64,000 bases of DNA from Cyanobacteria bacterium J06626_4 (GCA_038523235.1 JBCBJQ010000006.1:63655-127654), one strand, 5' to 3'. Counted from the first letter of the stretch, positions 27,807-38,593 are shown. Program-made: numbers and translations. The notes: generated by a model from the sequence alone, not told the origin.

Positions 27807-28328
27807 ATCGTTAGAAGAAGACTAGACAATCGCCGCGTTCGCCCAGAGCAACCTAACATCAATCGCAATATCAGAGCCCAACAGGTATTGCTGATCGACC
27901 ACGAAAATGAAAATCGTGGCGTGACTGACACTCGCGATGCCATCAGCTTGGCAGAGGAAGTTGGTCTTGACTTGGTGGTGGTTTCTGAAGGCAAAGAGAC
28001 GCCTGTCGCAAAGATTCTTGACTACGGTAAGCACCAGTATCAGCAGAAAAAGCGGCAGAAACAGAGCGCCAAGCCAACGATGAAAGAGGTCAAGCTCCGC
28101 CCTAATGTCGACGATTCAGACTACGGCATTCGGATTGAGCGAGCCACCGAATGGCTCGACAAGGGCAACCACGTAAAATTTCAGATCCGGTTGCGGGGTC
28201 GTGAGCACCAGCATCGAGATCGCGCCCGTGAGCTGCTCGAACGCATCGTTCAAGATTTAGACAAAGTGGGCAAGGTGCAATCCTTCGACACCAAGTCTCT
28301 CATCGTGCAGCTGGTGCCTGAATCTTAA
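27807..28328 (+). CDS. infC: Translation initiation factor IF-3, probable ATC start
   Basis: INRNIRAQQV, GLDLVVVS, PVAKILDYGK, KEVKLRPNV, RLRGRE. GGAGG at 27794-27798 lies 8 nt before in-frame ATC 27807. Confidence 0.93.
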   Translation: MVRRRLDNRRVRPEQPNINRNIRAQQVLLIDHENENRGVTDTRDAISLAEEVGLDLVVVSEGKETPVAKILDYGKHQYQQKKRQKQSAKPTMKEVKLRPNVDDSDYGIRIERATEWLDKGNHVKFQIRLRGREHQHRDRARELLERIVQDLDKVGKVQSFDTKSLIVQLVPES

Positions 28329-28351
28329 ACCGCTTCGTAACTCCATGCTTT

Positions 28352-28390
28352 AGAGGGATGTCGGCGATCGCCGACATCCCTCTGTTTTTG
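28352..28390 (+). terminator. Intrinsic terminator after infC, a perfect 32-bp palindrome centred on HIP1
   Basis: AGAGGGATGTCGGCGATCGCCGACATCCCTCT followed by GTTTTTG. Confidence 0.85.
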
Positions 28391-28526
28391 GGAAGGAACA
28401 TCACCAAAAGTTACACTTCTCCCTCGAAACATGAACAAACACTTCGCACCGCTGAAAAGTGTGGGCTAGATGCAGTAACCTGAATTCAGGTTGAAATCTA
28501 AAGCAAACCTTAAGAGAGTAGAGCGC

Positions 28527-28733
28527 ATGAATCCTCATCTGCTACGTCAGCTGTGGGCTTTAATCGAAAGCTCTCAAAGTCATCGGATCTTGAGCCTAGA
28601 CGACAGCAGCTTGGTACATTGGCTGACCGACCAAGTCTCTGGCGAACGCTCCCTTGACTCGATTGAGACGGATAGTCTTAACTGCTATATCCGCAGCCGC
28701 ATTCCCCTGATTAGAGATATCGCCCAAAGCTAA
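28527..28733 (+). CDS. Small conserved cyanobacterial hypothetical protein
   Basis: MNPHLLRQLWALIES..LDDSSLVHWL..YIRSRIPLIRDIA. Confidence 0.8.
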   Translation: MNPHLLRQLWALIESSQSHRILSLDDSSLVHWLTDQVSGERSLDSIETDSLNCYIRSRIPLIRDIAQS

Positions 28734-29074
28734 GGCTGTGGCCGTTTGAGTTGCCGCCGTATGGTTCGCATACCTCATTTTCAGCGCTTAGTTAATGGCG
28801 TGAACGCCGGCCCGGTCATACGGGTCTGCCAATGGCCAGTTGGGGGCGGGTTGGGACTCCCTGCGACTCGGACAATTAGCGTCCATAGACTGGTTATCTG
28901 CCCGCGATGGAAAAGTTAACCTCCGCGATCGTCCGTCATCTTCAAGATTGCTTGATGGGCGGTTGAGGCCTCATCCGCAGCCGCCGGTGCCGCCCACTAG
29001 CGGTCACGATAATTTTTAGACAGTCTCTAAAATTACCCACATTCACCGCAGGTCACGCACACAAACCCCAAAAC

Positions 29075-29088
29075 GTGTTCTACGATAC
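29075..29088 (+). promoter_or_regulatory. Possible NtcA site (GTG-N8-TAC variant)
   Basis: GTG-TTCTACGA-TAC followed by AAAAA, about 130 nt upstream of an amino-acid binding protein gene. One mismatch to GTA-N8-TAC. Confidence 0.4.
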
Positions 29089-29217
29089 AAAAACATTTCG
29101 TCATGCATTGGAATGTTAAGCGAGATTAGCCTACTTGCTGACGGCAATAGTGCTGCTTTCATTGAAAGTAGCCGTGCCAAGCATGTGTTTGTGATGAGTT
29201 AGTAAGGTGTGTGAATA

Positions 29218-30300
29218 ATGAAAAAATGGGGCTTTTTGGGACTGGCACTTGCCCTGACCCTGACCGCAGCCTGTGGCGGTGCAACGACTGATACTGCCGC
29301 TGATGGTGGTGATGGCGCTGATGGCGCTGAAACCACGGCTGCTGATGGCGGTAGTCGGCTAGATGCAGTCATTGCCCGAGGGCAACTGGTCTGCGGTGTT
29401 GACGGCGGTATTCCTGGATTTAGTTTTGTTGATGAAGGCGGTACTTATTCGGGTCTAGACGTTGATGTTTGTCGCGCCGTAGCGGCGGCCCTATTCGATG
29501 ATCCAGATGCCGTTGAATATCGTCGTCTCGACTCGACCGAGCGATTCACTGCCCTGTCTGGCGGTGAAGTTGATATGCTCTCTCGCAACACCACTTGGAC
29601 GGTGAGCCGTGATACTCAAGTGGGTATGGAGTTTGCTCCCACGACCTTCTATGACGGTCAAGGCATGATGGTGCGTACTGATGCCGGCATTGCTACCTTA
29701 GAAGACTTTGGCGGCAAAGCGGTTTGTGTTGAAACCGGTACCACAACTGAGCTGAACTTGACCGACCAAATGCGGAAGCTAGGCGTCGAGTTTGAGCCGG
29801 TGGTGTTTCAGGATGCAGACGCGGCCTATGCAGCCTATGACGAAGGTCGATGCGAAGGCATGACCTCAGACAAGTCACAGCTCATTGCCCGTCGGAGCAC
29901 TCTGCCCAGCCCCGATGACCATACGCTGTTAGAAGTCACGATGTCTAAAGAGCCCCTAGGGCCGTTGACTGTGAACAACGACTCGGCCTGGTTTGACGTG
30001 GTGAAATGGGTGACCTATGGCCTCTTCCAAGCTGAAGAGTTTGGCATCACTTCTGCCAATATTGGTGATTTTGCCGGTAGTGATGATCCCAACATTGCTC
30101 GCTTCCTCGGTGAAGAGGGCACTCTCGGCGACGACATGGGGATTTCGAACGACTTTATGGCTCGGGTCGTCACCCACGTGGGTAACTATGGCGAAATCTA
30201 TGAAAGCAACCTGGGACAAGACTCCCAGTTTGGCCTTGAGCGCGGTCAAAATGCGCTCTGGACCGAAGGTGGCTTGATGTACTCGCCCCCCTTCCGTTAA
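29218..30300 (+). CDS. Polar amino-acid ABC transporter substrate-binding lipoprotein (AapJ/BztA/NatF type)
   Basis: Lipobox LTAAC; RGQLVCGV, GLDVDVCRAVAAA, LSRNTTWT, SKEPLGP, GNYGEIY, GGLMYSPPFR. Confidence 0.95.
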   Translation: MKKWGFLGLALALTLTAACGGATTDTAADGGDGADGAETTAADGGSRLDAVIARGQLVCGVDGGIPGFSFVDEGGTYSGLDVDVCRAVAAALFDDPDAVEYRRLDSTERFTALSGGEVDMLSRNTTWTVSRDTQVGMEFAPTTFYDGQGMMVRTDAGIATLEDFGGKAVCVETGTTTELNLTDQMRKLGVEFEPVVFQDADAAYAAYDEGRCEGMTSDKSQLIARRSTLPSPDDHTLLEVTMSKEPLGPLTVNNDSAWFDVVKWVTYGLFQAEEFGITSANIGDFAGSDDPNIARFLGEEGTLGDDMGISNDFMARVVTHVGNYGEIYESNLGQDSQFGLERGQNALWTEGGLMYSPPFR

Positions 30301-30717
30301 TGCTTTAGCGGTCGTCCGCTAGCCTCGAAGAGATTCGTCTCTCAGCGTTAAGAACGCTGCTTTACCCAGGTTTGCAATGTTTTGCAGACCTGGGTATTTT
30401 GTTGCTTAAAGAGTCCAGCTTGCACCGGGCCGCGATCGCAACGCTCAGCCCTCGAATACCTGAGGACATCTGGGCAGCGCCGAAGAGTCCAGAGGCGAAG
30501 ATTGACTGTCTTATTTCAGAAAATTGTCGGAGGACTGCCAGCCATCAGCTCGGGAACAAAGGCATCAAAACCATATCGCCAATCGCAGGTCAATCAAGCC
30601 CCGCCAGATTGCGGCAATCTTGATTCCTAATTGGGCGTTCCGACCGCCATAGGCCGTAGGGTCTGGCCTGGCTCAAAGGGTATTCTGCCATTCACCTTGA
30701 CCGCTGAATTCAAGCCC

Positions 30718-30760
30718 AAAAAAATCCCCCAAGCTGACGCATAGAAGTCAGATGGAGGAT
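30718..30760 (-). terminator. Probable psaI terminator
   Basis: Minus strand ATCCTCCATCTGAC...GTCAGCTTGGGGGAT followed by a T-run. Confidence 0.6.
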
Positions 30761-30799
30761 CGTTTGGTGTAGCCAAAAATTAGGTTTGAGTTGCTTTAT

Positions 30800-30916
30800 T
30801 TAGACATCGGGCAATTCGTCGCGCTCGATGTAAAGGAACAAAAACGCCATCGCAGCGGCGGGAAAAACGATGCCGACTAAAGGCACCAAAATGGAAGGAA
30901 GAAAAGAAGCTGCCAT
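30800..30916 (-). CDS. psaI: Photosystem I subunit VIII (not in ORF track)
   Basis: Hand translation [38 protein letters not shown], 38 aa. Confidence 0.95.
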   Translation of the reverse strand: MAASFLPSILVPLVGIVFPAAAMAFLFLYIERDELPDV

Positions 30917-31189
30917 ATAAATATTCCTATCACTCAAAACAGTGCGAGAAGCCTGATAGCACTGAGTCAGCACTCAACGACTTCATCGATTAGCCTACTG
31001 TGAAACGGTCAGATATACTGCAATTTCTCAACATCGTCATGGCATTTCTTAACGTTTTGAGAACTTCGGCAAGACTGCGACCACAGCCTTAGTCGCGACC
31101 TCGCTGGGCCAGCGGCGGCATTCTCCTTCCCACCAGCGACCGTCTGGGGAACAGCTCTGCAGATCTCGGCAACCAGCCAGAGAGTCAGC

Positions 31190-33313
31190 CTAAATGACGT
31201 CATCATCATCGATGGCCGGCAGGTTGGCCGGGGCGATCGCACGCACCAGGGTAGTTTTATAGCTCTCTTGTTGAGTCGCTAAGTCGATCGCGATCGCCTC
31301 AAAGGTCGCCTCAACACTGCCCAAGGGCACCTGCAATTTCAAAAATGCCGTCTGCTCACCAGCGTCTGCCGGGGTCCAGTTCATCAGCCAGCGGGGCCGG
31401 TCTACCAACGTGCGACTTTGCATATCGGTGACCCATACCTTAACCGCTAATCGCCGCGGATAGGCCGGTAGGCGGATCGTGATGGGAAGCGGGTCACCGG
31501 CCACCAATTCACTTTGCGGCAAAACCAAAGTGGGAATGGGTACTGTCCCCAAATCTTCAAGATCGGGGTCTTCGGGGCGCAACACCTCAACGTAAGAAAC
31601 TTCGGTCGCGGCTTCGGCATCGGGGGGGGAGGCAGCGCGTTCCTCAGATTCGTAAACGACCACCTCATAATTGGGCGGGCGATTGTTGATCGCGTCATCA
31701 CTCTGGGACGGCTCACCGGCCAGCGATTGGGCAGCGGCAGTGGGGGCGCTGGGGAGTGCGAGCCCCGCCGCTTCGAGTTGGGCCTTGTGATCAGCGGCAG
31801 CTTTTTGTGCTTCTTCTGCCAGGGCACTAAGCCGGGTCCAGAAGCGACTTTGATAATCTGGCTGAAATGTTGGCAGCGACTCTGCAGGGGCAGGCACCGA
31901 GGCGGCGGGTGAGGCGGCAGCTGGGGGCACCGGCTGGGGGCGCCGCGATCGCCCAAAGGCAGGCAACTCGACCACCGGGCTGGGCGGCGTTGGAGCGGGA
32001 GGACTGGTGGCCTCGGGGGTAGCTGGGGGTAGGGTGGAATCAGTCGCCGGTGGTTCAGGCGTGGCTGGGACTGGGGTCGGGCTAGCAGCTTTTTGGCGCT
32101 CACCAGACAGCAGCGGCAAACTGGGTGCCCCAATGGCTTTCTTATCTAGGGGCCGGTAGATGACAGGGGGTAAGGTCAGCCCAGTTGAGGGCAAGTAAAC
32201 CAGCCGAAACGGAATTTCCCGAGGTGCTGGGGAGGCGATGTCGGGTTGGCGATCACCCTCGGCGTCTAGACTATCGTCCGTGAGGGTTGGTGAGCCGTCG
32301 GTTTCAGTGGCGGGCTCATCGGCGTCGCTCACCGCGTCGCCGAAGGTGGTTTCGGGTGATCGCTCCGCTTGGTTAGCCACGACCTCCAGCAGCGCATCGA
32401 GATTCAACGTCACCGTAAATCCCTGAATGGCTAGGATTTGGGGCGGTTCAGAGGCTAGCCAAAGGCTGAGTTCACCGACCAGCAATCGAGTCGAGAGCTG
32501 AGCAGGCAACTGTAGGGGCATTTCAAAGCGACTAGGCAAGGTGGCCATCGATTGGGCCTGCGTGGCTTGGTGCACCACAACGCCAGTCTCGGGATTGCGC
32601 ATCTGCACCCATAGCGTGCCTGCACTAGCCAACCCCTCAACCTGAGAGAACGTGGTGATCTGGCCTTGCAAAATGAGGTCGGTCTGGGCCTGGGCCACTA
32701 GCGCCTGATGCTGCAACTGCAGGCGCAGCGGCAAATCTTCTAGGGGGGGCGTCGTTCCGGCCAGCTTGGTCGTTGCCGTCACGGCAGCATTGACCACGGG
32801 GGCAGAAGCTGAGGAGGTGCCCTCAGCCGACTGTTCGGTTGAGGCAGTAGAGCGTTCGCCAGGGCTGGCAGAGGTCTCTGTCGAGGTCTTTGCGGCCAGC
32901 TGTTCTGCCAGGGTCGCTTCATCCAGCTCGATATCCCAATATTCCACCCCAGACTCGATGGCCAGCACCTGTAGCTGCACACCATATTCGCGGGACTGAT
33001 CTGAGGCGGTGTTGGTCGGCAGGTCAGCACTGCAGTGGATAGTCCAGCGCCCCGGCGAGAGATGCGTGAAGGGCATCACCACCATCAGCCCGTTAGGATT
33101 CGTCTGTCCGACCCGTTGGCGGGTTTTGGGTTGCGGCGACAGTTGCGCAGCCAACACCTGGCTTAACCGAATCGTAATCGGGGTGTCGCAGTAGCTGGTG
33201 TGAGCGATAACGCGGTATCGCCCTTCAGAGATCTCAACGTGGGCAGTCTCCAGCGGCAGCCAGTCGCGATCGCCCTCTTTTTGTAGCAAAAACTCCCAAT
33301 ACGCCATAGCCAA
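31190..33313 (-). CDS. Conserved cyanobacterial hypothetical protein with Pro/Ala-rich central linker
   Basis: N-terminal YWEFLLQKEGDRDWLPLE, C-terminal VKVWVTDMQSRTLVDRPRWL..FEAIAID. Confidence 0.85.
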   Translation of the reverse strand: MAMAYWEFLLQKEGDRDWLPLETAHVEISEGRYRVIAHTSYCDTPITIRLSQVLAAQLSPQPKTRQRVGQTNPNGLMVVMPFTHLSPGRWTIHCSADLPTNTASDQSREYGVQLQVLAIESGVEYWDIELDEATLAEQLAAKTSTETSASPGERSTASTEQSAEGTSSASAPVVNAAVTATTKLAGTTPPLEDLPLRLQLQHQALVAQAQTDLILQGQITTFSQVEGLASAGTLWVQMRNPETGVVVHQATQAQSMATLPSRFEMPLQLPAQLSTRLLVGELSLWLASEPPQILAIQGFTVTLNLDALLEVVANQAERSPETTFGDAVSDADEPATETDGSPTLTDDSLDAEGDRQPDIASPAPREIPFRLVYLPSTGLTLPPVIYRPLDKKAIGAPSLPLLSGERQKAASPTPVPATPEPPATDSTLPPATPEATSPPAPTPPSPVVELPAFGRSRRPQPVPPAAASPAASVPAPAESLPTFQPDYQSRFWTRLSALAEEAQKAAADHKAQLEAAGLALPSAPTAAAQSLAGEPSQSDDAINNRPPNYEVVVYESEERAASPPDAEAATEVSYVEVLRPEDPDLEDLGTVPIPTLVLPQSELVAGDPLPITIRLPAYPRRLAVKVWVTDMQSRTLVDRPRWLMNWTPADAGEQTAFLKLQVPLGSVEATFEAIAIDLATQQESYKTTLVRAIAPANLPAIDDDDVI

Positions 33314-33445
33314 CCCTGCGCCAGCAAGTCCAAGGTTTCAGCAGTATAGCGGTCATCCTAGCGACTTACAGAAATTCCAGCAAATGTTTGTCTTTTTAAG
33401 TATTCAGTCCTGAGAATGCGGCTAAGGAGCCTAGTTCTCTCACGG

Positions 33446-34732
33446 TTACGACGCTTGGCGAACCGCGTGGATCTTGTGCTTCAACTCAGCGGCGGCGGCA
33501 CCGAGGGAAGATTGACTCAGCTCCACCTGTTCGCCCGAACCCAACCACTTGAGCTGAACGATGCCCTGCTCAGCTTCGGCTTCGCCCACAATCACGCACA
33601 GCGCTGCGCCGCTGCGATCGGCGCGCTTAAACTGTTTGCCAAAGGCCGAGCCGCTGAGATCCATCTCGACGGCTAACCCCACCTGCCGTAGCGTTTGGGC
33701 AATGTTCAAGGCTTTGCCCTCAGCGGCCTCACCCCGAGAAACCACGTAAACATCCATCGCGGTGGACGGCTCAACATTGAGTTGTTTGAGCAACAGCGTC
33801 AGCCGCTCTAACCCAATCGCCCAGCCGATCGCGGGCGTGCTCGGCCCGCCGAGCTGAGCCATCAAGCCGTCGTAGCGACCACCCCCACAAACGGTTGCCT
33901 GAGCGCCCAAATCCGCCGACTGAATCTCAAATGCCGTGTGGGTGTAGTAATCGAGCCCACGCACTAGGCGCGGATTGAGCTGATAGGCAATGCCTAAATC
34001 AGTCAGCCCCTGCTGCACGCGGTCAAAGTGTCGCTGCGAGTCAGCCGCCAGGTAGTCCAACAGGTTGGGCGCAGTTTGAACGATCGCCTGGGTGCGTTCA
34101 TTTTTGCTATCCAAAATGCGAAGGGGATTGGTGTCTAGCCGACTTTGGGAATCGCTGTCTAAATCGGCCTTGTGGGGGGTCAAAAAATCGACCAGGGCAT
34201 TGCGATAGCGTTGGCGATCGTCACCATTGCCGACGGAGTTGAGATCCATCGTGAGCGATTTCAGCCCCAGCGTTTGCAGCAGCGTGGTGGCGATCGCAAT
34301 CACTTCGACATCGGCACGGGGATCAGCACTCCCCACCAGTTCCACGTCCAACTGGTGAAACTGGCGCTGCCGACCGGCTTGCGGCCGCTCGTAGCGAAAG
34401 GCTGGCCCCACATGCCATAGCCGCAGCACGCTGCCCTGCGCCATCAGGGAATGCTCATTAACCGCTCGGGCTAAACCTGCGGTAATTTCTGGCCGCAGGG
34501 TGATCGAGCGCCCGCCACGATCTGCAAAGGTGTACATTTCTTTGCCGACGACGTCGGTCGCCTCGCCAATACCTCGTTCAAAGAGGCCGGTTTGTTCCAA
34601 CAGGGGGGGGCGAATTTCGCGATAGGCGGCGCGATAGAGCAGCTCCCGCGCCGTGGCCTCGACCCACTGCCACAGAGGCGTCTCGTCGGGCAAAATGTCG
34701 CGCGTGCCGCGCAAAGCCTGCATGGGTGTCAT
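33446..34732 (-). CDS. hisS: Histidine--tRNA ligase
   Basis: [46 protein letters not shown]. Confidence 0.98.
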   Translation of the reverse strand: MTPMQALRGTRDILPDETPLWQWVEATARELLYRAAYREIRPPLLEQTGLFERGIGEATDVVGKEMYTFADRGGRSITLRPEITAGLARAVNEHSLMAQGSVLRLWHVGPAFRYERPQAGRQRQFHQLDVELVGSADPRADVEVIAIATTLLQTLGLKSLTMDLNSVGNGDDRQRYRNALVDFLTPHKADLDSDSQSRLDTNPLRILDSKNERTQAIVQTAPNLLDYLAADSQRHFDRVQQGLTDLGIAYQLNPRLVRGLDYYTHTAFEIQSADLGAQATVCGGGRYDGLMAQLGGPSTPAIGWAIGLERLTLLLKQLNVEPSTAMDVYVVSRGEAAEGKALNIAQTLRQVGLAVEMDLSGSAFGKQFKRADRSGAALCVIVGEAEAEQGIVQLKWLGSGEQVELSQSSLGAAAAELKHKIHAVRQAS

Positions 34733-34834
34733 AACGTCATCATCTCTTGCAAAATCGGGTCGGGCGATCGCGCCAGCAGTTTTACCATGCGGCCCTAATC
34801 ACCCCTGAATCACGGAATAAAACGTGGCGATCGC

Positions 34835-35218
34835 CTACTTGCTGAGGGTCTCCCAATGGCCGTAGCGATCGCCATAATGGGTCAAAATGGCCTCGGTTTG
34901 GGGCTGACAGCGAGCCGCCGCTGCAGCGTCATAGCGAATCCAGATGCCGCCGACCTGACTTTGTAAATAGTCAAATTCTTTCGCCGTCTGAGGGAGTAAG
35001 CCGGTATTGACCCCTTCAATTTGGCGCAGATGGGCCGCCACCTCGCGATAAACCGCCAGCGGCAAGCGCGGACTGTGCAGGCGATACTCAACCTGCTGAG
35101 GCACCGCTGGGCCACTTGCCTCAGTGGTGCCGGTCGCCATCTCAGACGGGCCGGTCATGTCGGGTTTTTCTAAAGAATCAGCCATAATTTCAGGAAGTCG
35201 CCCCATTGTCAGCACCAC
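34835..35218 (-). CDS. Conserved cyanobacterial hypothetical protein
   Basis: LPLAVYREVAAHLRQIEGV..FDYLQSQVGGIWI. The true start may lie downstream of 35218. Confidence 0.8.
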   Translation of the reverse strand: MVLTMGRLPEIMADSLEKPDMTGPSEMATGTTEASGPAVPQQVEYRLHSPRLPLAVYREVAAHLRQIEGVNTGLLPQTAKEFDYLQSQVGGIWIRYDAAAAARCQPQTEAILTHYGDRYGHWETLSK

Positions 35219-35477
35219 TCGGCAACGGGCAGCAGTTGACGTCGTTAATACACACTTTGCCCCACTGCAGCGCCCACCTGACCAGCGCGACGCGGTTGCC
35301 GGTAGCGGTTTTCGTCAAAATATTGCTGACGTGATTATCCACCGTGCGCTTGCTAATTTCTAACTCGTCAGAAATTTCTTGATTGGTCAGGCCGGCGGCG
35401 ACCCGCTCGACGATCTGCAATTCTCGTTCCGAGAGGGTGCCGTAAGCCTGAACGTCGGAAGACTTGCTGCCTGTCAT
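35190..35477 (-). CDS. pedR: Small LuxR-type redox-responsive regulator (PedR-like)
   Basis: LSERELQI..GLTNQEI..ISKRTVDNHVSNIL HTH plus C-terminal WALQWGKVCINDVNCC cysteines. Confidence 0.85.
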   Translation of the reverse strand: MTGSKSSDVQAYGTLSERELQIVERVAAGLTNQEISDELEISKRTVDNHVSNILTKTATGNRVALVRWALQWGKVCINDVNCCPLPSGADNGATS

Positions 35478-35872
35478 GATCTCAAAAGAAAATTTGTGTA
35501 TATATGCTCACCAGTCTACTGTCTTGCGCCTATCGAGGCTGCAGAAAAGTGGAATTTGTGTGGACTTGATCCCCTCGAAGCCAAAGGATGATTGCGCTTT
35601 GAACGATGACAGGGCGGCGCTGCTAGTTCAGTTCCATGGGTTCAACGTCGGTGAAACAGAATTCTGACATCGCCGCCGCATTTTCAGGTTGGCGGATTTA
35701 TCACAGCTCCCTGATACCAGACGACAAAATTTGTCTTCCTGGCAGCAGTCTCCCGACCCTTTAACGGTTATCCCTTGGAACCCTCAACCGTAAACCACAA
35801 AACCCAGTCATTCTCCTCGGATAATTACCCACTGTGAGCCTTAAATACCAGTCACTGTTGTCTGCTAACGTC

Positions 35873-36283
35873 TCAGAACTGAGTACACTGATTGCCCTCG
35901 CAAGTCGGATAGGCCGACTCATAAACGCCTTCACGGCCCCCAAAAAGCTGGTAGCGATGGTCACGAATGAAGGCGTAAAACCCATCGCCGCCAGCTTTGG
36001 CCCCTGGCAGCGCTCGGTAAGCCTGCACAAAGAGATTTCCCAAAGGCAGCAATCGGCCAATTTCTTCAGCGGCGTCGCTGCCCTGCCAGCGCTGCGTCGG
36101 AGCGGTTTGATCCAGCAAGATCATGCCCTGCTCGCAGTCTTGCGGCGAAATCTGCCACTGCTGCAGCGTGGCGGTCTGCTGCATCGGCACGTATTGAAAC
36201 TGTTTGCCCTGGTCAAGCTGCTCTAGCAGACGAACGAGGGTGACACACAAATTGCAGGTGCCATCGTAAATCACTGTGTACAT
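35873..36283 (-). CDS. DCC family (DUF393) thiol-disulfide oxidoreductase
   Basis: VIYDGTCNLC; YAFIRDHRYQLFG. Confidence 0.88.
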   Translation of the reverse strand: MYTVIYDGTCNLCVTLVRLLEQLDQGKQFQYVPMQQTATLQQWQISPQDCEQGMILLDQTAPTQRWQGSDAAEEIGRLLPLGNLFVQAYRALPGAKAGGDGFYAFIRDHRYQLFGGREGVYESAYPTCEGNQCTQF

Positions 36284-36375
36284 GGCAAAAGCGCGATCGC
36301 GACATTTACAGCCTAAAAGATTCCTCCCCAAAAGGGGAAGGACGGACAGGCACAGGGACGGCTCCCAGACAAAAG

Positions 36376-36405
36376 GTTAAGCCAGTCTTAAACAGACCTT
36401 TACGC
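36376..36405 (+). promoter_or_regulatory. Pho box (SphR/PhoB-type), three repeats at 11-bp period
   Basis: GTTAAGCC-AGT-CTTAAACA-GAC-CTTTACGC upstream of pstC, resembling PyTTAAPyPy(T/A) repeats. Confidence 0.7.
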
Positions 36406-36572
36406 ATTATCTATAGGATGCCGGTTAGCGTTCCTGTATCTTGCTGTTAGCTAAAGCCATATCCAGATCGGTGCTGCCTGCTGCAGCCATTTAGGATATT
36501 TGCGGCAAAGGATTTATTGGTTGCCGATCGCCACCAATTCTCAACCGAAAATTTCTCTTCCTACAGTTGCTA

Positions 36573-37604
36573 ATGTCCGCTGAAATGCCCTCGTCAAAGA
36601 ACGTCCACCTTTGGCAAGCCAACTATAAAAGCGCCAAAACTCTGGAGACAATCATCCGAGTGCTTTGCGGTTTTTTTGCCGTAATTTCCATTGCCACGAC
36701 CGCTGGGATCATTGGCACTCTGATTTTTGAAACCATCGAGTTCTTCCAAGAAGTTCCCCTATGGCAATTTCTGACCGATACTCGCTGGACGCCGTTGTTT
36801 GCCAGCAAGCAGTTCGGCATCTTTGTGCTGATGAGCGCCACTATTTTGACCTCAACCATCGCCATCTCGGTGGCGGTACCATTAGGGTTGCTCTCGGCCA
36901 TCTTTCTCAGCGAATACGCCTCGACCACCCTGCGTAAAACTCTCAAGCCCCTGTTAGAGGTGCTGGCGGGGATTCCTTCGGTGGTGTTTGGCTATTTTGC
37001 GTTGTTGACGGTCACGCCGTTCTTGCAAGAAATCTTCGATTTTGTCAGAACGCCAATTCCGATTCCGGCGTGGCTCGATTTTTTGCCATTCACTCAATAC
37101 TATGAGCCTGATTTTTTCCTAGAGCTGCCGTTTCCCTACCTAGAAGGGTTCAACGCCTTAAGTGCCGGGCTGGTATTGGGCATCAGCATTACGCCGCTGG
37201 TGGCCTCGCTGAGCGAAGATGCGATTTACTCGGTGCCTCAGGGTCTACGCGATGGGGCCTACGCCCTAGGCGCGACCAAACGCGAAACGATCTTGGCAGT
37301 CGTGATTCCAGCGGCGCTGTCCGGCATCGTGGCCTCGATTATCTTGGCAATTTCTCGCGCGGTGGGCGAAACCATGATTGTGACGTTGGCAGCGGGGCAA
37401 AACCCCAACCTGGGGTTCAACCCTTTTGTGCCGGTGATGACGATGACCGCTTATATCGTGCAGGTCAGTCTCGGCGATACAGCGGTAGGGACGCTGCCCT
37501 ACAAGACAATCTTTGCCGTTGGCATGACGCTGTTTTTGATGACGCTGACGCTCAATATTTTCAGCTTTTGGTTTGTTCGCCGATTCCGTGAGAGGTATGA
37601 GTGA
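36573..37604 (+). CDS. pstC: Phosphate ABC transporter permease
   Basis: [29 protein letters not shown]. Confidence 0.95.
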   Translation: MSAEMPSSKNVHLWQANYKSAKTLETIIRVLCGFFAVISIATTAGIIGTLIFETIEFFQEVPLWQFLTDTRWTPLFASKQFGIFVLMSATILTSTIAISVAVPLGLLSAIFLSEYASTTLRKTLKPLLEVLAGIPSVVFGYFALLTVTPFLQEIFDFVRTPIPIPAWLDFLPFTQYYEPDFFLELPFPYLEGFNALSAGLVLGISITPLVASLSEDAIYSVPQGLRDGAYALGATKRETILAVVIPAALSGIVASIILAISRAVGETMIVTLAAGQNPNLGFNPFVPVMTMTAYIVQVSLGDTAVGTLPYKTIFAVGMTLFLMTLTLNIFSFWFVRRFRERYE

Positions 37605-38530
37605 TGGCATTTGAAAGCATCACAGATGCTCAGGCCGAGTCCAATTTGGTGGCAGCTGAAGCGAAATTTCAGCCCAATTTAACGGGGCGCTATCGATTAG
37701 ATGCAGTCTTTAAAAAGGCCACGATCACGGCCACGACCATCGCGATCGCCGTTTTAGCCTGGCTGATGTTCGATGTGCTGATCAGCGGTGTCGGTAGCCT
37801 CGACTGGAGTTTTCTCACCAGCTTTCCGTCCCGGCGGCCTGAGCAGGCGGGCATTCTGTCAGCCCTAGTGGGTACTGGCTGGGTGATGTTATTGGTGGCC
37901 GTCTTTTCGTTTCCCATCGGGGTGGGCTCGGGTCTATTTCTCGAAGAATTTTCCGACGACAACTGGTTTGCCCGCTTCATCGAAATCAATATCAGCAACC
38001 TGGCTGGAGTACCCTCAATTATTTATGGTTTGCTAGGACTCACGGCCTTTGTCATCATCCTCGGCGACTGGACCGGTGGCCGCAGCATTTTGACCGGGGC
38101 CTTAACTTTAACCCTGTTGATCTTACCCATCATTATCGTCGCTACCCGCGAAGCGCTGCGAGCGGTACCCGACAGTATTCGCCAGGCGGGCTATGCCTTG
38201 GGAGCCAATAGCTGGCAGGTGATTTGGAGCCATACGCTGCCAACGGCGTTTCCCGGTATTTTGACCGGGGTGATTCTGGCTCTATCGCGGGCGATCGGGG
38301 AAACCGCCCCCCTGATTACGATTGGGGCCTTAACCTTTATCCCCTTCTTACCCGAGGGGCCGCTTGATCCCTTCACGGTGCTGCCGATTCAAATTTATAA
38401 CTGGGTAAGTCGCCCCCAAAAAGACTTTCACGACTTAGCGGCTTCTGGCATTATCGTGCTGCTCGTGGTTTTACTAGTGATGAATTCCTTCGCAATTTTT
38501 CTGCGCAGCCGATTTCAGAAAGCTCGCTAA
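37601..38530 (+). CDS. pstA: Phosphate ABC transporter permease
   Basis: [35 protein letters not shown]; overlaps the pstC stop. Confidence 0.95.
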   Translation: MMAFESITDAQAESNLVAAEAKFQPNLTGRYRLDAVFKKATITATTIAIAVLAWLMFDVLISGVGSLDWSFLTSFPSRRPEQAGILSALVGTGWVMLLVAVFSFPIGVGSGLFLEEFSDDNWFARFIEINISNLAGVPSIIYGLLGLTAFVIILGDWTGGRSILTGALTLTLLILPIIIVATREALRAVPDSIRQAGYALGANSWQVIWSHTLPTAFPGILTGVILALSRAIGETAPLITIGALTFIPFLPEGPLDPFTVLPIQIYNWVSRPQKDFHDLAASGIIVLLVVLLVMNSFAIFLRSRFQKAR

Positions 38531-38593
38531 AGCTCTCTTAACCTTTTCGTTGCAAAGTTGGTGTACTCTCTTGCTGTTGTTTGCGATCTAATT

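Noticed and set aside
29011..29034. Minus-strand GAGACTGTCTAAAAA resembling an IS terminal repeat
   Set aside because: No partner end, target duplication or transposase was found nearby.
30372..30630. Two overlapping ~82-aa plus-strand ORFs after the amino-acid binding protein
   Set aside because: Weak starts and no recognisable motifs; treated as intergenic.
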